Source: Auanema rhodensis (Eukaryota > Animalia > Nematoda). From it: 64,000 bases of DNA. The notes beneath the pieces are model-generated. The model searched no databases. It was not told where the DNA came from and was given only the letters and a program-made list of their open reading frames with translations. Position 1 is the stretch's first letter. Each line of letters begins with the position of its first letter. The stretch covers positions 23,808,001 through 23,872,000 of the forward strand of contig OZ059895.1 of the NCBI GenBank assembly GCA_964057225.1, in the 5' to 3' direction. Position numbers and translations under genes: made by a program. This document shows positions 27,901-42,700 of the stretch, in pieces.

Positions 27901-30793
27901 ATTAGTCTAAAAACAAATTTTTATTGATATTGGTGCATGGTAACCATGACTTTGAAATTTACGTGAACTTTAATTTATGCTAATTAAATGTACACGTGAT
28001 GTGCACTTGGTATGTAACTCGCTTCACGTGAAAGATAAAGAGATGCGGTTTTCAAAATTAGATTCCCCATGTCCATATTAGTCTAAAAACAAATTTTTAT
28101 TGATATTGGTGCATGGTAACCATGACTTTGAAATTTACGTGAACTTTAATTTATGCTAATTAAATGTACACGTGATGTGCACTTGGTATGTAACTCGCTT
28201 CACGTGAAAGATGAAGAGATGCGGTTTTCAAAATTAGATTCCCCATTTCCATATTAGTCTAAAAACAAATTTTTTTTGATATTGGTTCATGGTAACCATG
28301 ACTTTGAAATTTACGTGAACTTTAATTTATGCTAATTAAATGTACACGTGATGTGCACTTGGTATGTAACTCGCTTCACGTGAAAGATAAAGAGATGCGG
28401 TTTTCAAAATTAGATTCCCTATGTCCATATTAGTCTAAAAACAAATTTTTATTGATATTGGTTCATGGTAACCATGACTTTGAAATTTACGTGAACTTTA
28501 ATTTATGCTAATTAAATGTACACGTGATGTGCACTTGGTATGTAACTCGCTTCACGTGAAAGATAAAGAGATGCGGTTTTCAAAATTAGATTCCCCATGT
28601 CCATATTAGTCTAAAAACAAATTTTTATTGATATTGGTTCATGGTAACCATGACTTTGAAATTTACGTGAACTTTAATTTATGCTGATTAAATGTACACG
28701 TGATGTGCACTTGGTATGTAACTCGCTTCACGTGAAAGATAAAGAGATGCGGTTTTCAAAATTAGATTCCCTATGTCCATATTAGTCTAAAAACAAATTT
28801 TTATTGATATTGGTTCATGGTAACCATGACTTTGAAATTTACGTGAACTTTAATTTATGCTAATTAAATGTACACGTGATGTGCACTTGGTATGTAACTC
28901 GCTTCACGTGAAAGATAAAGAGATGCGGTTTTCAAAATTAGATTCCCCATGTCCATATTAGTCTAAAAACAAATTTTTATTGATATTAGTTCATGGTAAC
29001 CATGACTTTGAAATTTACGTGAACTTTAATTTATGCTAATTAAATGTACACGTGATGTGCACTTGGTATGTAACTCGCTTCACGTGAAAGATAAAGAGAT
29101 GCGGTTTTCAAAATTAGATTCCCCATGTTCATATTAGTCTAAAAACAAATTTTTATTGATATTGGTTCATGGTAACCATGACTTTGAAATTTACGTGAAC
29201 TTTAATTTATGCTGATTAAATGTACACGTGATGTGCACTTGGTATGTAACTCGCTTCACGTGAAAGATAAAGAGATGCGGTTTTCAAAATTAGATTCCCT
29301 ATGTCCATATTAGTCTAAAAACAAATTTTTATTGATATTGGTTCATGGTAACCATGACTTTGAAATTTACGTGAACTTTAATTTATGCTAATTAAATGTA
29401 CACGTGATGTGCACTTGGTATGTAACTCGCTTCACGTGAAAGATAAAGAGATGCGGTTTTCAAAATTAGATTCCCCATGTCCATATTAGTCTAAAAACAA
29501 ATTTTTATTGATATTAGTTCATGGTAACCATGACTTTGAAATTTACGTGAACTTTAATTTATGCTAATTAAATGTACACGTGATGTGCACTTGGTATGTA
29601 ACTCGCTTCACGTGAAAGATAAAGAGATGCGGTTTTCAAAATTAGATTCCCCATGTCCATATTAGTCTAAAAACAAATTTTTATTGATATTGGTTCATGG
29701 TAACCATGACTTTGAAATTTACGTGAACTTTAATTAATGCTAATTAAATGTACACGTGATGTGCACTTGGTATGTAACTCGCTTCACGTGAAAGATAAAG
29801 AGATGCGGTTTTCAAAATTAGATTCCCCATGTCCATATTAGTCTAAAAACAAATTTTTATTGATATTGCTTCATGGTAACCATGACTTTGAAATTTACGT
29901 GAACTTTAATTTATGCTAATTAAATGTACACGTGATGTGCACTTGGTGTGTAACTCGCTTCACGTGAAAGATAAAGAGATGCGGTTATCAAAATTAGATT
30001 CCCCATGTCCATATTAGTCTAAAAACAAATTTTTATTGATATTGGTTCATGGTAACCATGACTTTGAAATTTACGTGAACTTTAATTTATGCTAATTAAA
30101 TGTACACGTGATGTGCACTTGGTATGTAACTCGCTTCACGTGAAAGATAAAGAGATGCGGTTTTCAAAATTAGATTCCCCATGTCCATATTAGTCTAAAA
30201 ACAAATTTTTATTGATATTAGTTCATGGTAACCATGACTTTGAAATTTACGTGAACTTTAATTTATGCTAATTAAATGTACACGTGATGTGCACTTGGTA
30301 TGTAACTCGCTTCACGTGAAAGATAAAGAGATGCGGTTTTCAAAATTAGATTCCCCATGTCCATATTAGTCTAAAAACAAATTTTTATTGATATTGGTTC
30401 ATGGTAACCATGACTTTGAAATTTACGTGAACTTTAATTAATGCTAATTAAATGTACACGTGATGTGCACTTGGTATGTAACTCGCTTCACGTGAAAGAT
30501 AAAGAGATGCGGTTTTCAAAATTAGATTCCCCATGTTCATATTAGTCTAAAAACAAATTTTTATTGATATTGCTTCATGGTAACCATGACTTTGAAATTT
30601 ACGTGAACTTTAATTTATGCTAATTAAATGTACACGTGATGTGCACTTGGTGTGTAACTCGCTTCACGTGAAAGATAAAGAGATGCGGTTATCAAAATTA
30701 GATTCCCCATGTCCATATTAGTCTAAAAACAAATTTTTATTGATATTGGTGCATGGTAACCATCACTTTGAAATTTACGTGAACTTTAATTTA
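23402..30793 (+). repeat. 21-monomer higher-order repeat, 2 apparently identical tandem copies (3696 bp each)
   Basis: 23402-27097 matches 27098-30793, including rare variants A122T (monomers 24458/28154), G147C (26922/30618), A5G, C96T and A35G+T74A. Confidence 0.92.
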
Positions 30794-33700
30794 TGCTAAT
30801 TAAATGTACACGTGATGTGCACTTGGTATGTAACTCGCTTCACGTGAAAGATAAAGAGATGCGGTTTTCAAAATTAGATTCCCCATGTCCATATTAGTCT
30901 AAAAACAAATTTTTATTGATATTGGTTCATGGTAACCATGACTTTGAAATTTACGTGAACTTTAATTTATGCTAATTAAATGTACACGTGATGTGCACTT
31001 GGTATGTAACTCGCTTCACGTGAAAGATAAAGAGATGCGGTTTTCAAAATTAGATTCCCCATGTCCATATTAGTCTAAAAACAAATTTTTATTGATATTG
31101 GTGCATGGTAACCATGACTTTGAAATTTACGTGAACTTTAATTTATGCTAATTAAATGTACACGTGATGTGCACTTGGTATGTAACTCGCTTCACGTGAA
31201 AGATAAAGAGATGCGGTTTTCAAAATTAGATTCCCCATGTCCATATTAGTCTAAAAACAAATTTTTATTGATATTGGTTCATGGTAACCATGACTTTGAA
31301 ATTTACGTGAACTTTAATTTATGCTAATTAAATGTACATGTGATGTGCACTTGGTATGTAACTCGCTTCACGTGAAAGATAAAGAGATGCGGTTTTCAAA
31401 ATTAGATTCCCCATGTCCATATTAGTCTAAAAACAAATTTTTATTGATATTGGTGCATGGTAACCATGACTTTGAAATTTACGTGAACTTTAATTTATGC
31501 TAATTAAATGTACACGTGATGTGCACTTGGTATGTAACTCGCTTCACGTGAAAGATAAAGAGATGCGGTTTTCAAAATTAGATTCCCCATGTCCATATTA
31601 GTCTAAAAACAAATTTTTATTGATATTAGTTCATGGTAACCATGACTTTGAAATTTACGTGAACTTTAATTTATGCTAATTAAATGTACACGTGATGTGC
31701 ACTTGGTATGTAACTCGCTTCACGTGAAAGATAAAGAGATGCGGTTTTCAAAATTAGATTCCCCATGTCCATATTAGTCTAAAAACAAATTTTTATTGAT
31801 ATTGGTTCATGGTAACCATGACTTTGAAATTTACGTGAACTTTAATTAATGCTAATTAAATGTACATGTGATGTGCACTTGGTATGTAACTCGCTTCACG
31901 TGAAAGATAAAGAGATGCGGTTTTCAAAATTAGATTCCCCATGTCCATATTAGTCTAAAAACAAATTTTTATTGATATTGCTTCATGGTAACCATGACTT
32001 TGAAATTTACGTGAACTTTAATTTATGCTAATTAAATGTACACGTGATGTGCACTTGGTGTGTAACTCGCTTCACGTGAAAGATAAAGAGATGCGGTTAT
32101 CAAAATTAGATTCCCCATGTCCATATTAGTCTAAAAACAAATTTTTATTGATATTGGTGCATGGTAACCATGACTTTGAAATTTACGTGAACTTTAATTT
32201 ATGCTAATTAAATGTACACGTGATGTGCACTTGGTATGTAACTCGCTTCACGTGGAAGATAAAGAGATGCGGTTTTCAAATTTAGATTCCCCATGTCCAT
32301 ATTAGTCTAAAAACAAATTTTTATTGATATTGCTTCATGGTAACCATGACTTTGAAATTTACGTGAACTTTAATTTATGCTAATTAAATGTACACGTGAT
32401 GTGCACTTGGTGTGTAACTCGCTTCACGTGAAAGATAAAGAGATGCGGTTATCAAAATTAGATTCCCCATGTCCATATTAGTCTAAAAACAAATTTTTAT
32501 TGATATTGGTGCATGGTAACCATGACTTTGAAATTTACGTGAACTTTAATTTATGCTAATTAAATGTACACGTGATGTGCACTTGGTATGTAACTCGCTT
32601 CACGTGAAAGATAAAGAGATGCGGTTTTCAAAATTAGATTCCCCATGTCCATATTAGTCTAAAAACAAATTTTTATTGATATTGGTTCATGGTAACCATG
32701 ACTTTGAAATTTACGTGAACTTTAATTTATGCTAATTAAATGTACACGTGATGTGCACTTGGTATGTAACTCGCTTCACGTGAAAGATAAAGAGATGCGG
32801 TTTTCAAAATTAGATTCCCCATGTCCATATTAGTCTAAAAACAAATTTTTATTGATATTGCTTCATGGTAACCATGACTTTGAAATTTACGTGAACTTTA
32901 ATTTATGCTAATTAAATGTACACGTGATGTGCACTTGGTATGTAACTCGCTTCACGTGAAAGATAAAGAGATGCGGTTTTCAAAATTAGATTCCCCATGT
33001 CCATATTAGTCTAAAAACAAATTTTTATTGATATTGGTTCATGGTAACCATGACTTTGAAATTTACGTGAACTTTAATTTATGCTAATTAAATGTACACG
33101 TGATGTGCACTTGGTATGTAACTCGCTTCACGTGAAAGATAAAGAGATGCGGTTTTCAAAATTAGATTCCCTATGTCCATATTAGTCTAAAAACAAATTT
33201 TTATTGATATTGGTTCATGGTAACCATGACTTTGAAATTTACGTGAACTTTAATTTATGCTAATTAAATGTACACGTGATGTGCACTTGGTATGTAACTC
33301 GCTTCACGTGAAAGATAAAGAGATGCGGTTTTCAAAATTAGATTCCCCATGTCCATATTAGTCTAAAAACAAATTTTTATTGATATTGGTTCATGGTAAC
33401 CATGACTTTGAAATTTACGTGAACTTTAATTAATGCTAATTAAATGTACACGTGATGTGCACTTGGTATGTAACTCGCTTCACGTGAAAGATAAAGAGAT
33501 GCGGTTTTCAAAATTAGATTCCCCATGTCCATATTAGTCTAAAAACAAATTTTTATTGATATTGCTTCATGGTAACCATGACTTTGAAATTTACGTGAAC
33601 TTTAATTTATGCTAATTAAATGTACACGTGATGTGCACTTGGTGTGTAACTCGCTTCACGTGAAAGATAAAGAGATGCGGTTATCAAAATTAGATTCCCC

Positions 33701-36700
33701 ATGTCCATATTAGTCTAAAAACAAATTTTTATTGATATTGGTGCATGGTAACCATGACTTTGAAATTTACGTGAACTTTAATTTATGCTAATTAAATGTA
33801 CACGTGATGTGCACTTGGTATGTAACTCGCTTCACGTGAAAGATAAAGAGATGCGGTTTTCAAAATTAGATTCCCCATGTCCATATTAGTCTAAAAACAA
33901 ATTTTTATTGATATTAGTTCATGGTAACCATGACTTTGAAATTTACGTGAACTTTAATTTATGCTAATTAAATGTACACGTGATGTGCACTTGGTATGTA
34001 ACTCGCTTCACGTGAAAGATAAAGAGATGCGGTTTTCAAAATTAGATTCCCCATGTCCATATTAGTCTAAAAACAAATTTTTATTGATATTGGTTCATGG
34101 TAACCATGACTTTGAAATTTACGTGAACTTTAATTAATGCTAATTAAATGTACACGTGATGTGCACTTGGTATGTAACTCGCTTCACGTGAAAGATAAAG
34201 AGATGCGGTTTTCAAAATTAGATTCCCCATGTTCATATTAGTCTAAAAACAAATTTTTATTGATATTGCTTCATGGTAACCATGACTTTGAAATTTACGT
34301 GAACTTTAATTTATGCTAATTAAATGTACACGTGATGTGCACTTGGTGTGTAACTCGCTTCACGTGAAAGATAAAGAGATGCGGTTATCAAAATTAGATT
34401 CCCCATGTCCATATTAGTCTAAAAACAAATTTTTATTGATATTGGTGCATGGTAACCATGACTTTGAAATTTACGTGAACTTTAATTTATGCTAATTAAA
34501 TGTACACGTGATGTGCACTTGGTGTGTAACTCGCTTCACGTGAAAGATAAAGAGATGCGGTTTTCAAAATTAGATTCCCCATGTCCATATTAGTCTAAAA
34601 ACAAATTTTTATTGATATTAGTTCATGGTAACCATGACTTTGAAATTTACGTGAACTTTAATTTATGCTAATTAAATGTACACGTGATGTGCACTTGGTA
34701 TGTAACTCGCTTCACGTGAAAGATAAAGAGATGCGGTTTTAAAAATTAGATTCCCCATGTCCATATTAGTCTAAAAACAAATTTTTATTGATATTAGTTC
34801 ATGGTAACCATGACTTTGAAATTTACGTGAACTTTAATTTATGCTAATTAAATGTACACGTGATGTGCACTTGGTGTGTAACTCGCTTCACGTGAAAGAT
34901 AAAGAGATGCGGTTATCAAAATTAGATTCCCCATGTCCATATTAGTCTAAAAACAAATTTTTATTGATATTAGTTCATGGTAACCATGACTTTGAAATTT
35001 ACGTGAACTTTAATTTATGCTAATTAAATGTACACGTGATGTGCACTTGGTATGTAACTCGCTTCACGTGAAAGATAAAGAGATGCGGTTTTCAAAATTA
35101 GATTCCCCATGTCCATATTAGTCTAAAAACAAATTTTTATTGATATTGGTTCATGGTAACCATGACTTTGAAATTTACGTGAACTTTAATTTATGCTAAT
35201 TAAATGTACACGTGATGTGCACTTGGTATGTAACTCGCTTCACGTGAAAGATAAAGAGATGCGGTTATCAAAATTAGATTCCCCATGTCCATATTAGTCT
35301 AAAAACAAATTTTTATTGATATTGGTTCATGGTAACCATGACTTTGAAATTTACGTGAACTTTAATTTATGCTAATTAAATGTACACGTGATGTGCACTT
35401 GGTATGTAACTCGCTTCACGTGAAAGATAAAGAGATGCGGTTTTCAAAATTAGATTCCCCATGTCCATATTAGTCTAAAAACAAATTTTTATTGATATTG
35501 GTTCATGGTAACCATGACTTTGAAATTTACGTGAACTTTAATTTATGCTAATTAAATGTACACGTGATGTGCACTTGGTATGTAACTCGCTTCACGTGAA
35601 AGATAAAGAGATGCGGTTTTCAAAATTAGATTCCCCATGTCCATATTAGTCTAAAAACAAATTTTTATTGATATTGGTGCATGGTAACCATGACTTTGAA
35701 ATTTACGTGAACTTTAATTTATGCTAATTAAATGTACACGTGATGTGCACTTGGTATGTAACTCGCTTCACGTGAAAGATGAAGAGATGCGGTTTTCAAA
35801 ATTAGATTCCCCATGTCCATATTAGTCTAAAAACAAATTTTTATTCATATTGGTTCATGGTAACCATGACTTTGAAATTTACGTGAACTTTAATTTATGC
35901 TAATTAAATGTACACGTGATGTGCACTTGGTATGTAACTCGCTTCACGTGAAAGATAATGAGATGCGGTTTTCAAAATTAGATTCCCCATGTCCATATTA
36001 GTCTAAAAACAAATTTTTATTGATATTGGTGCATGGTAACCATGACTTTGAAATTTACGTGAACTTTAATTTATGCTAATTAAATGTACACGTGATGTGC
36101 ACTTGGTATGTAACTCGCTTCACGTGAAAGATAAAGAGATGCGGTTTTCAAAATTAGATTCCCCATGTCCATATTAGTCTAAAAACAAATTTTTATTGAT
36201 ATTGGTGCATGGTAACCATGACTTTGAAATTTACGTGAACTTTAATTTATGCTAATTAAATGTACACGTGATGTGCACTTGGTATGTAACTCGCTTCACG
36301 TGAAAGATAAAGAGATGCGGTTTTCAAAATTAGATTCCCCATTTCCATATTAGTCTAAAAACAAATTTTTATTGATATTGGTTCATGGTAACCATGACTT
36401 TGAAATTTACGTGAACTTTAATTTATGCTAATTAAATGTACACGTGATGTGCACTTGGTATGTAACTCGCTTCACGTGAAAGATAAAGAGATGCGGTTTT
36501 CAAAATTAGATTCCCTATGTCCATATTAGTCTAAAAACAAATTTTTATTGATATTGGTTCATGGTAACCATGACTTTGAAATTTACGTGAACTTTAATTT
36601 ATGCTAATTAAATGTACACGTGATGTGCACTTGGTATGTAACTCGCTTCACGTGAAAGATAAAGAGATGCGGTTTTCAAAATTAGATTCCCCATGTCCAT

Positions 36701-39700
36701 ATTAGTCTAAAAACAAATTTTTATTGATATTGGTTCATGGTAACCATGACTTTGAAATTTACGTGAACTTTAATTTATGCTGATTAAATGTACACGTGAT
36801 GTGCACTTGGTATGTAACTCGCTTCACGTGAAAGATAAAGAGATGCGGTTTTCAAAATTACATTCCCTATGTCCATATTAGTCTAAAAACAAATTTTTAT
36901 TGATATTGGTTCATGGTAACCATGACTTTGAAATTTACGTGAACTTTAATTTATGCTAATTAAATGTACACGTGATGTGCACTTGGTATGTAACTCGCTT
37001 CACGTGAAAGATAAAGAGATGCGGTTTTCAAAATTAGATTCCCCATGTCCATATTAGTCTAAAAACAAATTTTTATTGATATTAGTTCATGGTAACCATG
37101 ACTTTGAAATTTACGTGAACTTTAATTTATGCTAATTAAATGTACACGTGATGTGCACTTGGTATGTAACTCGCTTCACGTGAAAGATAAAGAGATGCGG
37201 TTTTCAAAATTAGATTCCCCATGTCCATATTAGTCTAAAAACAAATTTTTATTGATATTGGTTCATGGTAACCATGACTTTGAAATTTACGTGAACTTTA
37301 ATTAATGCTAATTAAATGTACACGTGATGTGCACTTGGTATGTAACTCGCTTCACGTGAAAGATAAAGAGATGCGGTTTTCAAAATTAGATTCCCCATGT
37401 CCATATTAGTCTAAAAACAAATTTTTATTGATATTGGTTCATGGTAACCATGACTTTGAAATTTACGTGAACTTTAATTAATGCTAATTAAATGTACACG
37501 TGATGTGCACTTGGTATGTAACTCGCTTCACGTGAAAGATAAAGAGATGCGGTTTTCAAAATTAGATTCCCCATGTTCATATTAGTCTAAAAACAAATTT
37601 TTATTGATATTGCTTCATGGTAACCATGACTTTGAAATTTACGTGAACTTTAATTTATGCTAATTAAATGTACACGTGATGTGCACTTGGTGTGTAACTC
37701 GCTTCACGTGAAAGATAAAGAGATGCGGTTATCAAAATTAGATTCCCCATGTCCATATTAGTCTAAAAACAAATTTTTATTGATATTGGTGCATGGTAAC
37801 CATGACTTTGAAATTTACGTGAACTTTAATTTATGCTAATTAAATGTACACGTGATGTGCACTTGGTATGTAACTCGCTTCACGTGAAAGATAAAGAGAT
37901 GCGGTTTTCAAAATTAGATTCCCCATGTCCATATTAGTCTAAAAACAAATTTTTATTGATATTGGTTCATGGTAACCATGACTTTGAAATTTACGTGAAC
38001 TTTAATTTATGCTTATTAAATGTACACGTGATGTGCACTTGGTATGTAACTCGCTTCACGTGAAAGATAAAGAGATGCGGTTTTCAAAATTAGATTCCCC
38101 ATGTCCATATTAGTCTAAAAACAAATTTTTATTGATATTGGTGCATGGTAACCATGACTTTGAAATTTACGTGAACTTTAATTTATGCTAATTAAATGTA
38201 CACGTGATGTGCACTTGGTATGTAACTCGCTTCACGTGAAAGATAAAGAGATGCGGTTTTCAAAATTAGATTCCCCATGTCCATATTAGTCTAAAAACAA
38301 ATTTTTATTGATATTGGTTCATGGTAACCATGACTTTGAAATTTACGTGAACTTTAATTTATGCTAATTAAATGTACATGTGATGTGCACTTGGTATGTA
38401 ACTCGCTTCACGTGAAAGATAAAGAGATGCGGTTTTCAAAATTAGATTCCCCATGTCCATATTAGTCTAAAAACAAATTTTTATTGATATTGGTGCATGG
38501 TAACCATGACTTTGAAATTTACGTGAACTTTAATTTATGCTAATTAAATGTACACGTGATGTGCACTTGGTATGTAACTCGCTTCACGTGAAAGATAAAG
38601 AGATGCGGTTTTCAAAATTAGATTCCCCATGTCCATATTAGTCTAAAAACAAATTTTTATTGATATTAGTTCATGGTAACCATGACTTTGAAATTTACGT
38701 GAACTTTAATTTATGCTAATTAAATGTACACGTGATGTGCACTTGGTATGTAACTCGCTTCACGTGAAAGATAAAGAGATGCGGTTTTCAAAATTAGATT
38801 CCCCATGTCCATTTTAGTCTAAAAACAAATTTTTATTGATATTGGTTCATGGTAACCATGACTTTGAAATTTACGTGAACTTTAATTAATGCTAATTAAA
38901 TGTACACGTGATGTGCACTTGGTATGTAACTCGCTTCACGTGAAAGATAAAGAGATGCGGTTTTCAAAATTAGATTCCCCATGTCCATATTAGTCTAAAA
39001 ACAAATTTTTATTGATATTGCTTCATGGTAACCATGACTTTGAAATTTACGTGAACTTTAATTTATGCTAATTAAATGTACACGTGATGTGCACTTGGTG
39101 TGTAACTCGCTTCACGTGAAAGATAAAGAGATGCGGTTATCAAAATTAGATTCCCCATGTCCATATTAGTCTAAAAACAAATTTTTATTGATATTGGTGC
39201 ATGGTAACCATGACTTTGAAATTTACGTGAACTTTAATTTATGCTAATTAAATGTACACGTGATGTGCACTTGGTATGTAACTCGCTTCACGTGAAAGAT
39301 AAAGAGATGCGGTTTTCAAAATTAGATTCCCCATGTCCATATTAGTCTAAAAACAAATTTTTATTGATATTGCTTCATGGTAACCATGACTTTGAAATTT
39401 ACGTGAACTTTAATTTATGCTAATTAAATGTACACGTGATGTGCACTTGGTGTGTAACTCGCTTCACGTGAAAGATAAAGAGATGCGGTTATCAAAATTA
39501 GATTACCCATGTCCATATTAGTCTAAAAACAAATTTTTATTGATATTGGTGCATGGTAACCATGACTTTGAAATTTACGTGAACTTTAATTTATGCTAAT
39601 TAAATGTACACGTGATGTGCACTTGGTATGTAACTCGCTTCACGTGAAAGATAAAGAGATGCGGTTTTCAAAATTAGATTCCCCATGTCCATATTAGTCT

Positions 39701-42700
39701 AAAAACAAATTTTTATTGATATTGGTTCATGGTAACCATGACTTTGAAATTTACGTGAACTTTAATTTATGCTAATTAAATGTACACGTGATGTGCACTT
39801 GGTATGTAACTCGCTTCACGTGAAAGATAAAGAGATGCGGTTTTCAAAATTAGATTCCCCATGTCCATATTAGTCTAAAAACAAATTTTTATTGATATTG
39901 GTGCATGGTAACCATGACTTTGAAATTTACGTGAACTTTAATTTATGCTAATTAAATGTACACGTGATGTGCACTTGGTATGTAACTCGCTTCACGTGAA
40001 AGATAAAGAGATGCGGTTTTCAAAATTAGATTCCCCATGTCCATATTAGTCTAAAAACAAATTTTTATTGATATTGGTTCATGGTAACCATGACTTTGAA
40101 ATTTACGTGAACTTTAATTTATGCTAATTAAATGTACATGTGATGTGCACTTGGTATGTAACTCGCTTCACGTGAAAGATAAAGAGATGCGGTTTTCAAA
40201 ATTAGATTCCCCATGTCCATATTAGTCTAAAAACAAATTTTTATTGATATTGCTTCATGGTAACCATGACTTTGAAATTTACGTGAACTTTAATTTATGC
40301 TAATTAAATGTACACGTGATGTGCACTTGGTGTGTAACTCGCTTCACGTGAAAGATAAAGAGATGCGGTTATCAAAATTAGATTACCCATGTCCATATTA
40401 GTCTAAAAACAAATTTTTATTGATATTGGTGCATGGTAACCATGACTTTGAAATTTACGTGAACTTTAATTTATGCTAATTAAATGTACACGTGATGTGC
40501 ACTTGGTATGTAACTCGCTTCACGTGAAAGATAAAGAGATGCGGTTTTCAAAATTAGATTCCCCATTTCCATATTAGTCTAAAAACAAATTTTTATTGAT
40601 ATTGGTTCATGGTAACCATGACTTTGAAATTTACGTGAACTTTAATTTATGCTAATTAAATGTACACGTGATGTGCACTTGGTATGTAACTCGCTTCACG
40701 TGAAAGATAAAGAGATGCGGTTTTCAAAATTAGATTCCCTATGTCCATATTAGTCTAAAAACAAATTTTTATTGATATTGGTTCATGGTAACCATGACTT
40801 TGAAATTTACGTGAACTTTAATTTATGCTAATTAAATGTACACGTGATGTGCACTTGGTATGTAACTCGCTTCACGTGAAAGATAAAGAGATGCGGTTTT
40901 CAAAATTAGATTCCCCATGTCCATATTAGTCTAAAAACAAATTTTTATTGATATTGGTTCATGGTAACCATGACTTTGAAATTTACGTGAACTTTAATTT
41001 ATGCTAATTAAATGTACACGTGATGTGCACTTGGTATGTAACTCGCTTCACGTGAAAGATAAAGAGATGCGGTTTTCAAAATTAGATTCCCCATGTCCAT
41101 ATTAGTCTAAAAACAAATTTTTATTGATATTAGTTCATGGTAACAATGACTTTGAAATTTACGTGAACTTTAATTTATGCTAATTAAATGTACACGTGAT
41201 GTGCACTTGGTATGTAACTCGCTTCACGTGAAAGATAAAGAGATGCGGTTTTCAAAATTAGATTCCCTATGTCCATATTAGTCTAAAAACAAATTTTTAT
41301 TGATATTGGTTCATGGTAACCATGACTTTGAAATTTACGTGAACTTTAATTTATGCTAATTAAATGTACACGTGATGGGCACTTGGTATGTAACTCGCTT
41401 CACGTGAAAGATAAAGAGATGCGGTTTTCAAAATTAGATTCCCCATGTCCATATTAGTCTAAAAACAAATTTTTATTGATATTGGTTCATGGTAACCATA
41501 ACTTTGAAATTTACGTGAACTTTAATTTATGCTGATTAAATGTACACGTGATGTGCACTTGGTATGTAACTCGCTTCACGTGAAAGATAAAGAGATGCGG
41601 TTTTCAAAATTAGATTCCCCATGTCCATATTAGTCTAAAAACAAATTTTTATTGATATTGGTTCATGGTAACCATGACTTTGAAATTTACGTGAACTTTA
41701 ATTAATGCTAATTAAATGTACACGTGATGTGCACTTGGTATGTAACTCGCTTCACGTGAAAGATAAAGAGATGCGGTTTTCAAAATTAGATTCCCCATGT
41801 CCATATTAGTCTAAAAACAAATTTTTATTGATATTGCTTCATGGTAACCATGACTTTGAAATTTACGTGAACTTTAATTTATGCTAATTAAATGTACACG
41901 TGATGTGCACTTAGTGTGTAACTCGCTTCACGTGAAAGATAAAGAGATGCGGTTATCAAAATTAGATTCCCCATGTCCATATTAGTCTAAAAACAAATTT
42001 TTATTGATATTGGTGCATGGTAACCATGACTTTGAAATTTACGTGAACTTTAATTTATGCTAATTAAATGTACACGTGATGTGCACTTGGTATGTAACTC
42101 GCTTCACGTGAAAGATAAAGAGATGCGGTTTTCAAAATTAGATTCCCCATGTCCATATTAGTCTAAAAACAAATTTTTATTGATATTGGTGCATGGTAAC
42201 CATGACTTTGAAATTTACGTGAACTTTAATTTATGCTAATTAAATGTACACGTGATGTGCACTTGGTATGTAACTCGCTTCACGTGAAAGATAAAGAGAT
42301 GCGGTTTTCAAAATTAGATTCCCCATATCCATATTAGTCTAAAAACAAATTTTTATTGATATTGGTGCATGGTAACCATGACTTTGAAATTTACGTGAAC
42401 TTTAATTTATGCTAATTAAATGTACACGTGATGTGCACTTGGTATGTAACTCGCTTCACGTGAAAGATAAAGAGATGCGGTTTTCAAAATTAGATTCCCC
42501 ATGTCCATATTAGTCTAAAAACAAATTTTTATTGATATTGGTTCATGGTAACCATGACTTTGAAATTTACGTGAACTTTAATTTATGCTAATTAAATGTA
42601 CACGTGATGTGCACTTGGTATGTAACTCGCTTCACGTGAAAGATAAAGAGATGCGGTTTTCAAAATTAGATTCCCCATGTCCATATTAGTCTAAAAACAA

